From contig NC_135763.1 of assembly GCF_052425735.1 (NCBI RefSeq), forward strand, positions 14,818,001 to 14,882,000: DNA of 64,000 nucleotides, given 5' to 3'. The stretch is from Oculina patagonica. Lineage: Eukaryota. Of the stretch, positions 13,161-25,764 are shown piece after piece (positions within the stretch are counted from its first letter, which is position 1; each line of letters opens with the position of its first letter). The translations under genes were made by a program, and so were the position numbers. The notes under the pieces are model-generated. The model was not told the origin of the DNA. It worked only from the letters and a program-made list of their open reading frames with translations, and made no database searches.

Positions 13161-14087
13161 TTATTTTTGTCGTTTAGTTTGCTTGGAATTTTTGTCAAAG
13201 ATTTGGTCAATGCTCAATGTGGGTAAGTCAGGAATTCTTAAGTACCTACATCTTTTCATATCTTCATAAAATGTCATTTCCTCCGGAGATTTCTCGTTAC
13301 TGCCAAGCATCGGAAATATGTTCGGTAATGACTTCCACCTATGTGCGACAGGCCTCGGCGGAATCAATAACTCGTCGGTAGATTCATCGGTGGATTCGTC
13401 GGTAGTTGGTGCATCATCTTCGAGTGTGTTCGTATTATTCTTGCTTCGGTTAGCTTCTTTGCTGAATTTTTGCAGACTTTCATTAAATTTCTTCACCTTT
13501 TCGTTAAGAGATTCTGCGCTCTCTTCGACGCGAATGGACGGCACTACGACACCGGCTGAAAATCGTCTTCCCATGTTAGCTTCCTTAAGTGCATTCCCTT
13601 CATCGTGGAACAAGGCACCTTGAGAAATTGTCGATCTTCTGTGAAGAAGTCTCGGACTTACAGCCCCTGGACTGCGGCAAACTGGAGATGGAGGAGGCTT
13701 TGGACCCACGCTTAGCCTGATATTCTGTGACGATTTTGATCTTCGTAAACCAACAACATCACTACCAACTATCATCTGGTTATTTCCACGAAGTCTCGCT
13801 GCTGCTTCTGTAGCCAAGAGCTCGCTTCTTCGACGTTGTACTACAGGGCTTCGCGTCGGAGATGTGGTCGGTGAAGATGGTGGTGTGAGAGAAATTCCGC
13901 CATTCGTTTTGAGGCTTGGCAAGCTAAGTTTGTTTTTCTCTGTGTCCCATCGCATTATTTCCTTGTGTTTTTGCAGCTCCAGATTTGCAAGCTTTGAGCT
14001 AAGTTGGAAATCCTCCTTCCCATTTGCGATCACGTTATTGATGAAAAGGCGATCTTTTTTACCTCCAATTCCACCTTTCCTCGCCAT
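13161..14087 (-). CDS. Single-exon Ser/Pro-rich protein, CCDC190-like (308 aa from the first ATG)
   Basis: Long ORF, ATG at 14087 (MARKGG). N-terminal predicted coiled coil (KEDFQLSSKLANLELQKHKEIMRWDTEKNKL), disordered middle with RRxS sites, and C-terminal MKRCRYLRIPDLPTLSIDQIF resembling the YLR...LSIxEIF end of CCDC190. Family call is from memory, not a search. Confidence 0.7.
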   Translation of the reverse strand: MARKGGIGGKKDRLFINNVIANGKEDFQLSSKLANLELQKHKEIMRWDTEKNKLSLPSLKTNGGISLTPPSSPTTSPTRSPVVQRRRSELLATEAAARLRGNNQMIVGSDVVGLRRSKSSQNIRLSVGPKPPPSPVCRSPGAVSPRLLHRRSTISQGALFHDEGNALKEANMGRRFSAGVVVPSIRVEESAESLNEKVKKFNESLQKFSKEANRSKNNTNTLEDDAPTTDESTDESTDELLIPPRPVAHRWKSLPNIFPMLGSNEKSPEEMTFYEDMKRCRYLRIPDLPTLSIDQIFDKNSKQTKRQK

Positions 14088-15790
14088 ACTGATATTCACT
14101 TCAAACTGATTAAAACCATTTGACCTCAAATGATTGTTCTAGTGCAAAAGGAATTCCATTAAATTTACGTCTGCCCGTCAAAGTAGACGGGTTTCATGAT
14201 TTTAAGCAAACAGTAAGCGTTAAATATTTGTTTTAAGCAATTGTAAGCTCAGAAAGCTGCCATTTGCTGACAGTTTAAGCGCGACTATGTTTGTTTTTCG
14301 AATCAGAAAATGTGCTTTAATTTGACTGAATCGGTCTACAAAAGTTTGAATACATTTTGTGTATTTTATGCCTTATATTTAAATCTTGCTGTTTTCTTCT
14401 GATAGTATAAGAATATGTTTAAATATTCCACAAAGGATCGAACACGCCAGCCGCGACCATTTACCATGCAATTATGATGGCATAGCCAACAAGCGCGAGT
14501 GGAATACCGTAGAATTCCGGTTATAAGCCCTGGGTTTATACATTTTCGTAAGGGTTTTTGGGGGGGCTTATAGGGGGGGGGGTTTATGTGGGGGGGGGGA
14601 TATAGGAGGAAAAAAAAAAATTTTTAAACGCGCGTGGGGAGAGGGAAAAGATATATTTTTTTATTTAAAAAAAAAAAAAAAAAAAATTTCTTTTTTTTCC
14701 GGGGGGGGGGGGGTTATGCGGGGGGGCTATATTGTTTATTTTTTTTTCGGGAGGGGTAAAGGGGGGGGGTGAGGGGGGGGGGGGGGAACAGAAAATAGAT
14801 TAAAAATTCCCACAGCAAAGAAAACGAATAATTTCGATAGCTGACGAGAGAGAGTGTATATTCTTATGAGAGTCGACGAGAGTTTCTCTTGATCGCTTGA
14901 CGGGTGCTTGATCATTTGGCGGTTTGATGTGAATTTTTGCGTACTCTCAGCTTGTTCGACCACGCGCGGTGATAGCCCTGGGAGGGGAGAGGGGGAACTC
15001 AACAAAGTTTCATACGGGGAGACCCCGCCCCGAGGCCCAAACCCTTACCCACCAGTGCAAATTTTCAACAGTCATTGCATCCTGAACAAATGAAAACAGG
15101 GGTACTTACTAGCCGTTTTTATGCAGCGAAATAATAGATCAACTTGTCTTCCACGAATAATCATTCTGTGTATTTAAAGACAAACATCAGACGGATTATG
15201 ACGCCGTTCTTCTTGGTCTCTAACAGTTCTCTAACGACAAGCTATATATGGACTTAGTATGTCTGATAGTTTGTCGTATCCAAACGTTTTGCTGTTTAAT
15301 ATATGTGTTTTACCGTAAGTTGCGGTAAAACACATATAACAGTAAACGCATATTAAGTACGTCTCTAAAAATAGGCCAATTTCAGTGAAACATACTTACT
15401 TTACTTCCTAAGAGTTCATCATGAAAGGCGAAAAAAATGTCAAAATAATGGTACAGCTTCTTTCTTTTCTTCTTTATTGACGATATAAATGTACAGTTTC
15501 ATTTGTAGGAACTTTATTTCTCAACGGCTGGTATGAAAGGGGCCATGCATCAATGACGGGAAAAATATATATCTGTCCACTCTTAATTTGTACAAAGCAT
15601 GGCATGTTGACAAGAAAATTACAATAAATAAGGTAGCTTTAAATAACGTGGATGAAACTTTCTCGAATAATTGAAAGAATCTAACTCTGCGAATCCAAAA
15701 CGCTTGAGCACTTTAATTTGACTTTGACACGACACGATAATTCCGTGGAAATGAATGAATGAATGAAATATTTTATTAAAGTGTTTGAAG

Positions 15791-16048
15791 NNNNNNNNNN
15801 NNNNNNNNNNNNNNNNNNNNNNNNNNNNNNNNNNNNNNNNNNNNNNNNNNNNNNNNNNNNNNNNNNNNNNNNNNNNNNNNNNNNNNNNNNNNNNNNNNNN
15901 NNNNNNNNNNNNNNNNNNNNNNNNNNNNNNNNNNNNNNNNNNNNNNNNNNNNNNNNNNNNNNNNNNNNNNNNNNNNNNNNNNNNNNNNNNNNNNNNNNNN
16001 NNNNNNNNNNNNNNNNNNNNNNNNNNNNNNNNNNNNNNNNNNNNNNNN
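15791..16048. other. Assembly gap (258 N)
   Basis: Run of n. Confidence 1.
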
Positions 16049-16060
16049 ATCCTGATGCTA

Positions 16061-16274
16061 TGTTGTAGGGCAAATTGGTTTTCAGGTGAAAACTGTTTCC
16101 AACCTAGGTTAATCCGTTTAAACCTAAAGATAACACTCTTTTAATCACGGAAAACAATTTGAATTATTTATTGGGATTTTGTTTATCTCATTGTAAGAGT
16201 GTTAGCTTCAAGTTGAAATAGGTTAACCTAGTCTGGAAACAAATTCAACCTAAAAACCAGTTTGACCTGTAACA
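16061..16274. mobile_element. MITE with ~50-bp imperfect TIRs
   Basis: tgttgtagggcaaattggttttcaggtgaaaactgtttccaacctaggttaa versus ttaacctagtctggaaacaaattcaacctaaaaaccagtttgacctgtaaca; partial relative near 32965-33040. Confidence 0.65.
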
Positions 16275-16571
16275 ACTATTCCTGTATTCATCTCACATCT
16301 GATTGGTTTTCCTTTGCGGCACAAAAACACTCCACAAATATCTCTAGTGCTTACGCTTTTCTGATTCGCACTGTAACATCATTACTCTATATTAGTAGCT
16401 ATATATATTTTACATTTCTCTGACTTCTTTGATTAATCATGAAAAATATCAAAAAAAGGGCCTTGGGGCCTAGATACGCCAAAAAATCAGAACAGCATAG
16501 ATGAATAGAAGGATGAATCATGTAATTGGGTGAAAGTCTGAGCAAAAAGCAATTCTCCAAGATGGCAACAG

Positions 16572-17460
16572 TTAGATGGTTGATTCCCTCCGTCGATACT
16601 CAAATTCTTCTGGAAAATTGTCATCAAAAGTCGGAGACTCCGGAACAAAATCAAGATCAATTTCGTCTTCAAATCGAACTGTACGGACGCTTAAATTAGA
16701 GTCACGTGATGCAACTACGGGTGGCCTGTCACATTCATCTGGGTTCCAGTCTTCTCCAGGATTACATGCACCATCAAAAGTAACAGAAGATATCTTTCTA
16801 CTTTCACCCTCGGTGTTGTTTTGACCGTACACACTGTTCTCTTTTGCTTCCACTGGATTGCTGCTAGCGTTAGACAGAGTGCTAAACACTGATGTATTAG
16901 ATCTCGTGCTGATTTTCCTGTTATTGCATTCATCTTCGTCACCAAGCGTTCCTAGACTGACGGTCGATCTGCGGTCGACGTTTTTCTGAGGTCGAAACAC
17001 AATCACGTAGACTTTGGGTAAAAACATACATGTGATGGTCACTGTGGCCGCGACGAGCAAAAACGAGCTCACCAGAATATCTTTATAGTACGTTTGCGTC
17101 GCGTAGTAAGACAAAAAGAACATCAACACGTCCGTCGAGATTGTCATCATGTTGAAAGCTATAAAACGAGCTTCGTTGTAATTACCAGGAACCTTTCTCG
17201 TAAGGAAGGCTTGATATGTGCAAACTAACACCAACCCGCTGTTGAAACCCCACCAGAGAGCCATGTTGTAGTTAGTGTAAGATGCTAACTTGCATTGTAT
17301 AAAGGCTTCGTTTTTCATGTCAGAGTACACGACTTCTTTAAGTTGACCATCTGGGTTTGTAAGTACAATGATTACGCAAATAGCTGTTTCTATGGCAACA
17401 AAGCCGATGATGAAGACAACCATCCATTTGTCGCTCAAACATGGCGGCGTTCCTGTAAAA

Positions 17461-17512
<52 letters not shown>

Positions 17513-20500
17513 AAATAATAAATAATAAATGGTTAAGTAATGGTTAATACTTCATTGCTTGCAAAAGCAGTTAAATTAAGCCGGGTATACACGTGCAATT
17601 TTTATGTGAGAAATGTATTTGATCGTGTAGATGGCTCAACAATTATATATCAACAGTTCAAAGTTAAGTGCGCCAGTAATGACCTTGGACAGCAGAGATA
17701 CAAACAGAGATACGCGCGCATAGTGCCCAGTGGAAGATTGGGAGATTTGGGACCACATAACCTGTCGCAATATTTGCCACATTTTATGTGACGAGTCGTC
17801 TACACGGGCAATTTTTCGTATGTGACAACTTTTATTTGTCACATAAAAGCTAACACGACAGCTTCTCAGCAAATATGTCTGACACAGAAAACATTTTCTC
17901 GCCTACACGAGCAAGTAATAATTTTCACGTAAAAATTGTCACATACAAATTGCTCGTGTAAACTGGCCTTTAGGATTTGAGACCACAGCGGCGTAAAGCT
18001 AAACGGGAGGACATTTAAGTGAAGTTCTATAACGTACCTTTCCTCATGGCTCTTTTACTAAATATCCGGTGTATCCGGTTTGTCTTGACCAGTAATGTTC
18101 CCACCACGATACAGAAGCCGATACTAAACGAGAATAGCACAACTTGGCAAAGCGCCTCCGTTCTTTCCAACAAAATCAAAACCGCCGTCAAGTAATTAAG
18201 GAATATACCAAACAGCAAAATGTAACTAAGGACTTTACTCGATGCCCGCACTATGTGAGTGTTGCCATGACGAATGTAAACAATCTTGATGGACAGGACA
18301 CTGAGGACGCCCACCAAGGCAACCACGCCAACCGATATGCCGGCCGGGTCGCTCAGCTTGACGGCAGTGGGAATTATGGGTAAACAGGCGGTATGGTTGT
18401 CGTTTGTCCAATAACGAGCTGGGCACTGGTGACAAGAGCCGTTCACTGGATTGTACGAAATTTCATTGGTGCCGCAAGGAACGCATTTCCAACAGCAACT
18501 CTGCGAGGTAAAATTCAAAAAAAAAAACAATAAGGAAGAACAGGTTAATGTTTGAATGCGCCCAAATGTAATCTTACGAAAACTCTTACGAATGCTTCGA
18601 ATGAATGTGAGAAGAGTGAACAAGATTGAGTTAAGGGCGAGGAGACAGGGGCTGTTGATGAACTTGTCTTTTTTGGGTTTCCGTGGAGCACCTTTCTGAG
18701 TTCTGAGCCTAATGAAGCTATAGAACACAAGGGGCATTGAAAAGAAAACCAGTATCAATCTGTTCATGATGCTAGTTTGGTCAGTACTCCTTTTTATTAC
18801 ACGACTAAGGTGGTCGAGGGCCAAAACTGAATCAGCCAATCAGATACCCGCCGCGAGGGGAATCAAGATCGAACCGGGGTCGGATGATCGACGCTAATTC
18901 CAGCGCGAAGCGAGATGCAGATCGGAGTGTTGAGAATGACCAACCGAAATAAACTAAAGCGCGCGGAAAAGGCCGCACATTGCCAGGACACACCGGGTAG
19001 CAATCTCACTACACAAAGTCCAGTCGTGTAATCCAAACCAGCCGGGACGAGGGAATTGGCCCCGGGGGCCCGCGCGCCGATCACTGCAAGACCCGGGCCA
19101 ATACGCCCAGTACGGCCCCGCGCGTGGTTAATAAGATATATATAAGTAGGAAACTTGAAAAAATGACTAAGGGCGAGAAAAAGAAACTTGATGTGTAAAT
19201 AAGCAATGAAGAAGGCAGTGTTGGAACTGGATAGGCCAGAGATTCTTCGGGAAGGTAGGTACAATGACTTCATCGTTGCATTAAGATGGCGATCAGAAGA
19301 CGAAAGGACGGTAGGGAGACTTTGAACGACCTGGAGTGGGATAGTGAAAACAATGAGAATGGAGACGGAGTGAGTGACTGAAGTAAGACATAAAACAAGA
19401 AGGGGTCAGCGGTTTTCAACTAACAGACCTGGTGGCGTTCCTCTGAAACCATCCAATGTCCTGGGGGACACTGCTGACCACAAAATGACGTTGGCTCGAC
19501 AGAGTTGTTGAACACTTTTTTCCATAGCAACCTCAATTTGGCCAGATTCAAATGCAGGAATGACACATTCGCAGGCAGATCAAGCACGTTTGACGTGTTG
19601 GAGATCCAGCTGCCGATTTGTTCCCAATGTTCAGTTTCCATGTTTACCACCGTGATGTCATAAGCGCCCAGGCCATTTCCGTTGGAATCGAAAGAAACTT
19701 GACCACGTGACACGCCTGTGAACTTCACGCTCTGGATGCTTTTTAGAAAACCATCATCCCTGCAACGTATAAACTGAAATTTCAGCTTACCGTCCCGACT
19801 TATGCGTCCCGACCCGCTTACCGTCCCGACTTATGCGTTTTCTTTTATGTCAGCGCCTTCGCCTATTGACCACATTGACCCGATCGAACACGCCGCGTTT
19901 TCTAAAGCTCTAAAGCCTCCGTTTTCAGTCGCCGTCCACAACGATAAATTAGGACACCCGGCGTTTTGGAATGTTTCCACTCTGAACGGCGTTTTCAAAT
20001 TTGTTCGATGAACGTTTTTGATCATATCGGTGAGGACTATAGGAGAAAACACACCAACAAAAACGCGTTTACGTGGACGGTGCCTGTGGCATATCTTGCA
20101 CTACCAACTTTTTTTTCTGAAAACATCTTTTGAACCATCGCAAATTTAATATGAAAAAATAACTTTGTAATCGAATCATCTACACAGCTTCAAGCCTGGA
20201 ACATTCTTTGCCTGAAAATTGTCTTCTGATTCTTTTTAACTGAAGGGCGAGACGTTCTTGAAAAAAAAAAACGGGGAAAATCTTGAGGAAAACAAGTGAT
20301 GAGTCACCGAACGTGGCTCATCACTTCAAAAACAAGTTAACTACCAGCTGCTTGTTGTTATGGTAAGACATTTCCATAAGGGTAAGGTTTTGTTAAAGAT
20401 AACACACTGGTCTCTATCTATAGTTACAGCTGCATTAAAGCTGACAGAAAACACAATCAGTTTTTAAAATTCCAACAATAAAAATGTGAACGAGGTGTTT

Positions 20501-23362
20501 TTGGCAATTCATCACTTTTCTTGTTTCTCTTTTCCTTCCTTATTGTCTCACCTTTCAACAAAGGACTTTAGATTTAAAATGCTTTTAAAAATCACTTTCA
20601 TATTTCTCCGCTCGGTAAAGATTTGGAATGTTGTAATATTTTTCTTTTATCGTGCATGGCCATATCAATTAAGTCCTTAATCCGAATAAAACGAGCACAT
20701 AACTGTGAATTATGTATGTTTACGATCGACGTGACTGGAATAACATTACCACGACTGTTGAAAGCCGACTTGAAAGTATCTGAAGTATTTTAGTTGAACC
20801 ATTACAAGTAAAAATGTTTAAATAGTAGAAACAAATTGGACATAAAAACGTTCTTCAAGTGCTGTTCTAAAAGCAAGGACAAACATTATTTCCAACCAAA
20901 AATGGGTTTCGCACATTTCTATTTACAATTATATAGCACTTAAGAGTCGATTAAGAGCTTTCAGGTTGTAAAACTGCGTATCACTTTTCAGCGTTACCAC
21001 TTTCCAAACTCGTTCGTAAAATTAGTTTCTTCTAAGTGGTGTTGAATAGTTCAGTACCAATAAGCTAAAGATTATATCATTTCATGTGTCTCAATATCAA
21101 ATGTGTTGGAAGATTTTAGCGCATTTTTTAAAATAGAATTTAAATGAGGACAACTTGTCACGTACATGGAATGGCTCCATTCAAATCCTTGACTTCGGTC
21201 CAAAAAGGTTTTTACCTCGGTTTATTAACAAAAATGCCGAAAACACTCTTCGATGTATAGACTGTATTTTATCTACGAAAATTAACTATGTCGACTTAAA
21301 ACGTTTTCACCACAACAGTCCCACGATTGATTATAATTTACAATGCATGTGCAATTATATTAAAACTGGCGTTGTCTTTTTGTCCAAGTTTTAACGTTGA
21401 CGGTACCAAGTAATTAACGTCAAAGAGCTAATTCGGTAAGGCAATCTCATACAAAAGAAGAAAATCCTTTTTATGAAATTACGCTGAAAGGTGCTACGCG
21501 ATCATACGCGGCTCTCGATAAATGCGTTGGCACGGATTAAAATATTGCTTATTAAAATAAAACCAGTTTAAACTTGTAAATTGGCAGGTTTCTTAATGCA
21601 TTTCTTAAATTGAATTAACCCAAAAAAATTATTTTAAGAAAAGAAAGAAACTAATTTGCAATTCAAGAGATCAAGGTTATGTCAATGTAGACTATGACAT
21701 GCTATGAAATTAAATGACAGATTCGCTGTTTTCTTTTGAAAAGGAAAAAAAATGCTTGTTTTCCAAGCCATATATGCATATCAACTTAACCCTTGTGGCG
21801 TCTAATAGAGTGGTTTGACTGATGTTTACTACTTTTATTTCTTAGTCGAAAAGCTCGTTTTTTATCCGGCGGGTGAAAATTAAACACTTCGCACAATGGT
21901 ATGACCGTACTTTTAAGAAATTCGTATCCGGACTTTAAAGTATCATAAACCTAAATCTCCAAAAAGTTTATTATTGCGCTTGATAGCTATAAAAGTCGCA
22001 TGCTTCTAAAGTCTTCTGTGAGTTTCTACCAGAGACTACATTTACTGAAATATAATTCAAATACACTGATTTTTTTCCCTACCTGTTTAAGCTTGGAAAT
22101 TCATCTGGTGAGTGTTTGCAGCCTTTGCTTTGCGTACAGTTCAGAAGACTGTGAAGACCGTAGGCTGCCGCATAAACTGCATCAATAACATAAGGCACAT
22201 ACGCGGAAAGTTGTCCGGGATTGTTCAGATGTTGACGTCTATATTCGTCCATCCATGGGCATGCACTGTTACTATCACTATCATTGAAGCGTTCAAAATA
22301 TTTTACGAACTTTTCCGCGTGTCCCTTATGCGGTGTGACACCGACAATCCGTCCCAGCATTTCTTTTGAACTGTGAAACCTGTTTATGGATCCGGTGTAA
22401 TGGTCGGTAGCTATGAACACATAGTCCTTCATTCCGAGTTTATCAAAATACTTCAAAATTAACTCGGTGTCTTCCATCGTCGTGAAAAGCAACACTGCTT
22501 TGGCTTGTGAGTTTTGCTTCGCTCGTATTTCGCCGAGGAAACCTTCAATTTCTCGTGCGTTTGTGTGTTGTGTGAAGGTCCTTTTTACGGCCAGGCAAAT
22601 CTTTGCACCCTTCGAAGCTGAAAGAACGTGTTCGAACGTTTCGATCGCCGATCTACCATAGTCCGTATCGGAGTACAGAACGTGTACGAAATTCCATTTT
22701 AATGCGCGCAAAAAATCAATAACCGCTCTGGCCATGAGAGTGTCCGAGGAGACTGTACGGAGGAAATACTTGAAACGAATTCGATTGCTGAGTAGTCTGC
22801 TTGAAGATGAATAGCTCACGACGGGAACATAAAACAAGCCCGCGAAATTTGCCACCGCCATTGCGACATCGCTCGTTCCTAAACCAACGATAGCAACTGT
22901 CATCGGGTCGTGTGCCAGGCTTCGTTTCGGTCGCGTTCGTTCACACATAAGATTCTCCATGTTTTTCTTAACAAAACTGAAATTCAAGCATTTTCGGATC
23001 GCAAAGTCAACACTGCTACATGTGTCCTTAATGTCTGCACCAATGGTGATACCAGGAAGAATTTTCAAATCGTTGTTGATCTGCTCCAAAGCGTAGAGCA
23101 TGGCTAGAGCTTCCTCGAATCCGCGAATGTTGAATTTACCTTGGCATAATTCGTTCGAGGTAGTGTAGTTGTTTTGCGGGGCGTAATGTATAGGAAACAA
23201 ACCGGCGAAAATGAGGGTTCCATTCATATAAAAATCGCGATGTTTAGCGCTGGTAAAGTTAGCACCATGATACCCTGAATGGCCCGTAGTCAATTGCGGA
23301 ATCGAACAAACCAGTTGAACAAGCAAGTATATGAAGTTTGAAAGGGCACGTAAGTGTCGCAT
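16572..23362 (-). CDS. Class C GPCR (metabotropic glutamate / Ca-sensing receptor-like), 984 aa; exons complement(22083..23362, 19429..19759, 18038..18500, 16572..17452)
   Basis: Signal peptide; Venus flytrap domain (GLFPIH, ILPGITIG-DIKDTC, VSYSSSSRLLS, YFLRTV, LKWNFV, DYG, VIDAVYA); nine-Cys domain (C..C...CCWKCVPC...CHQC...C); 7TM (KTNRIHRIF, RKVPGNYNEARFI, FLPKVYVI). All introns GT-AG with matching phases 2, 0, 1; 2955 nt. Confidence 0.95.
17461..17530. repeat. (AAT)n microsatellite adjoining the GPCR exon 4 acceptor
   Basis: aataataat... read directly. Confidence 0.95.
17578..17990. mobile_element. Harbinger-type MITE in GPCR intron 3
   Basis: aagccgggtatacacgtgcaatttttatgtga ... tcacatacaaattgctcgtgtaaactggcctt inverted termini. 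Confidence 0.65.
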
Positions 23363-25764
23363 CTTAAATATGAACCGCAAAACAGTCAGGTCTTGTCAAT
23401 GGACGTAGTTCGATTTTTAGATGAGTGAAGTTAAACTAAAGTCTCCGGTGTACCCAGATTGCAGGTGTTAAAACAAGAAGCAATATTATCTCAGAGAAAT
23501 TAACAACGCCAAGCTTTTTAAAGATCTACTCTCTTATTGGACGATGTTATGTTAAGATATACTGCCCTGAATGACTTGTTTTGATGGGGAAGTTAAAAAT
23601 GCCCGGCAATTCCACAAAAGCAATTACTTTTCTAGTCGAAATTGACAATTATGCCGCGCGTATAACTGACAAGGATTCAAATGGAAATCAATATTTCAAA
23701 TTTCAAATTGAAGTCTCGCGACGTTAAATTACAAGTTTTTTCGACATCTAACTGCTATGAACGCACCATTCAATTAACCTAATGTATTCACCGTAAAAGC
23801 AAACATATTCTTAGGGTGAAAACTACTTGTTGTTTTCTGAGGCTTAGAAAAATGGTTATCAAATTTTTACTTCGCCGTTTTAATTGCCGTTTTCATTGGT
23901 CCATGGTGTCCTTCGTTTCAAAGAAAAGCAAATAATTGAACATATTTGTTTAAATAAGCTAATGTTATGCTGCAGTCCAACTTAACAAAAGAGAAGAATC
24001 GCACAGCTGTTCTTTGAAAAATTTGATAAATTAAACTTAAACCCACGAAAATTGCAATTTGTTCCTTTCCTATTCAGAAGCCTCCATTGTAGAAAAAAGT
24101 AATTTATTTTCCAATCTGGTTGTCTTTTGTTTCTTTACAAATTTTAAGACTTTCCGGAACTTTCTCTTTTTAGATTTGTATATTTATATTTCATGTTTCT
24201 GAAGGAATATTTGAAACGATTGACACATTTTCCTCGTGATATCCTATAGTAGATATACTGCAAAGTTCTTATAATAGATGATATTGGTTGTATATTTGTT
24301 TTGCAACGTGGTTATCTAACGTAAAGGCTGTAAAATATAGGAAAAGTGCTAAAATACACAAGAACACAAATGAAAAACAAGACACAAATTTATCTCGTTG
24401 AGCCGTTTTTCAGTATTTATTGTGAACTTCAACTTTTCCGGGAAAAGACTCCATGAAGAATTTCGTTAATCCTAAGATATTGTACATTACAATGTAACGA
24501 AAGCGTTTTTATTTTGTTAATTGATCCACTCTAACCAGGAAACAAAATGAACAATAGTAATCAATCATTCAAAATGACGACCACATGGGAAGAGCAATAA
24601 CGAGTCACAGAAACGGCAAATTTCTTTCATGAATATAATGTCAGGGGGTGGTATTGATCTTAATCCTGCAGTCGACGCTATAGTATACCACAAGACTCTA
24701 TAAAACCCCTTTCTATACTGATGTTCTCTCATTAAAATTAGCGAAAAATGCTATCTTCAGGTCCTCAGGAGAGTTATACATTTATTGTAACGGAAAAGTT
24801 TATCATCACGATTTTTCCCTTCGGAAATTTTCACTGCGCAGTGGAATATCTTTTTTTGACTTGTCAGAAAAGCATGGTGCTGAAAACATTCAGATACTGT
24901 CTAGGGCTTTATTGCAATTGCATGCAACTCCTCTGTGATCTGTGGTGTGAAACTGTTAATGATAAATTTAGAAGAAAAAATGGGGAGCGCCACGTAACAT
25001 GTGTGTCATAAGATGGCCACAGGGCACTTTGGCTCAAGTGAAGACTTTGTGGTGAGACCAGATGACAGCAACAGGGAACCCAGCGAATATAGTAATTCTG
25101 GAAGTTAGGAACACGTAGTTGAAACGCGGAATGCAGTACATAATATATGCGACTTAACTATAAATAAGCAACTGACAACATTAACAGGTTTGCCAGGCTA
25201 GGGGATAGCTAGGCTGAGCGTCCATGTTGATAAACAAAAGAGAAAATCAATACTGAAGATGACACGAACCGTGGGACAAAGGAAAATTCTGATTCCCGAC
25301 GGGAATCGAACCCATGGCCTCCCAGATACTGGTTGGGCGCTCTAGCCAACTGAACTACGAGACACTACTACACAAAGATAAAATCCAGTTATATATAAAA
25401 GTGCGTTCCCAATCACATATAACTAAGTCTTAAGCAGCTTCTGACCTTTTTGGGGGATGTTCAATGAATTTTTTGTTGAATTGACGAGAATGTATTAACA
25501 AACCAATAATAAAAGCTACAACCGACGTGTAGAAAGGAGAACTTTAATCATTCCCAGTCCCTTTCCTGCTGGTCAGCAGTTTTACCCAAAGAGGATCGAA
25601 TCAACACAAGTTTGCGAAAAGGCTTGTTGTGATACGATCACAATCTCTACACCGCCGTTGTGCAAATGCCTGCAGTGACACCTCAGAGAGAAGGAGAAAT
25701 TGAACAAGAATGCTTTCCAAACATTGAATGAGTTTTGTGCTGCGTATTTGACACACATCCAGCG

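Noticed and set aside
14540-14800. G-run/G-quadruplex-like tract and Pro-rich ORF 14736..15005; similar tract at 9830-10030
   Set aside because: Looks like a homopolymer-inflated, low-quality rendering of the MITE family seen cleanly at 39712..40029.
15681-16144. ORFs containing poly-X
   Set aside because: Artefacts of the N gap.
18501-18839. Hydrophobic N-terminal extension of ORF 18027..18839
   Set aside because: Intronic read-through upstream of the acceptor at 18501; the spliced nine-Cys domain is complete without it.
25290-25362. tRNA-like sequence on the minus strand (gggaatcgaacccatggcctcc...)
   Set aside because: A/B-box-like, but no clean cloverleaf; more consistent with a SINE head.
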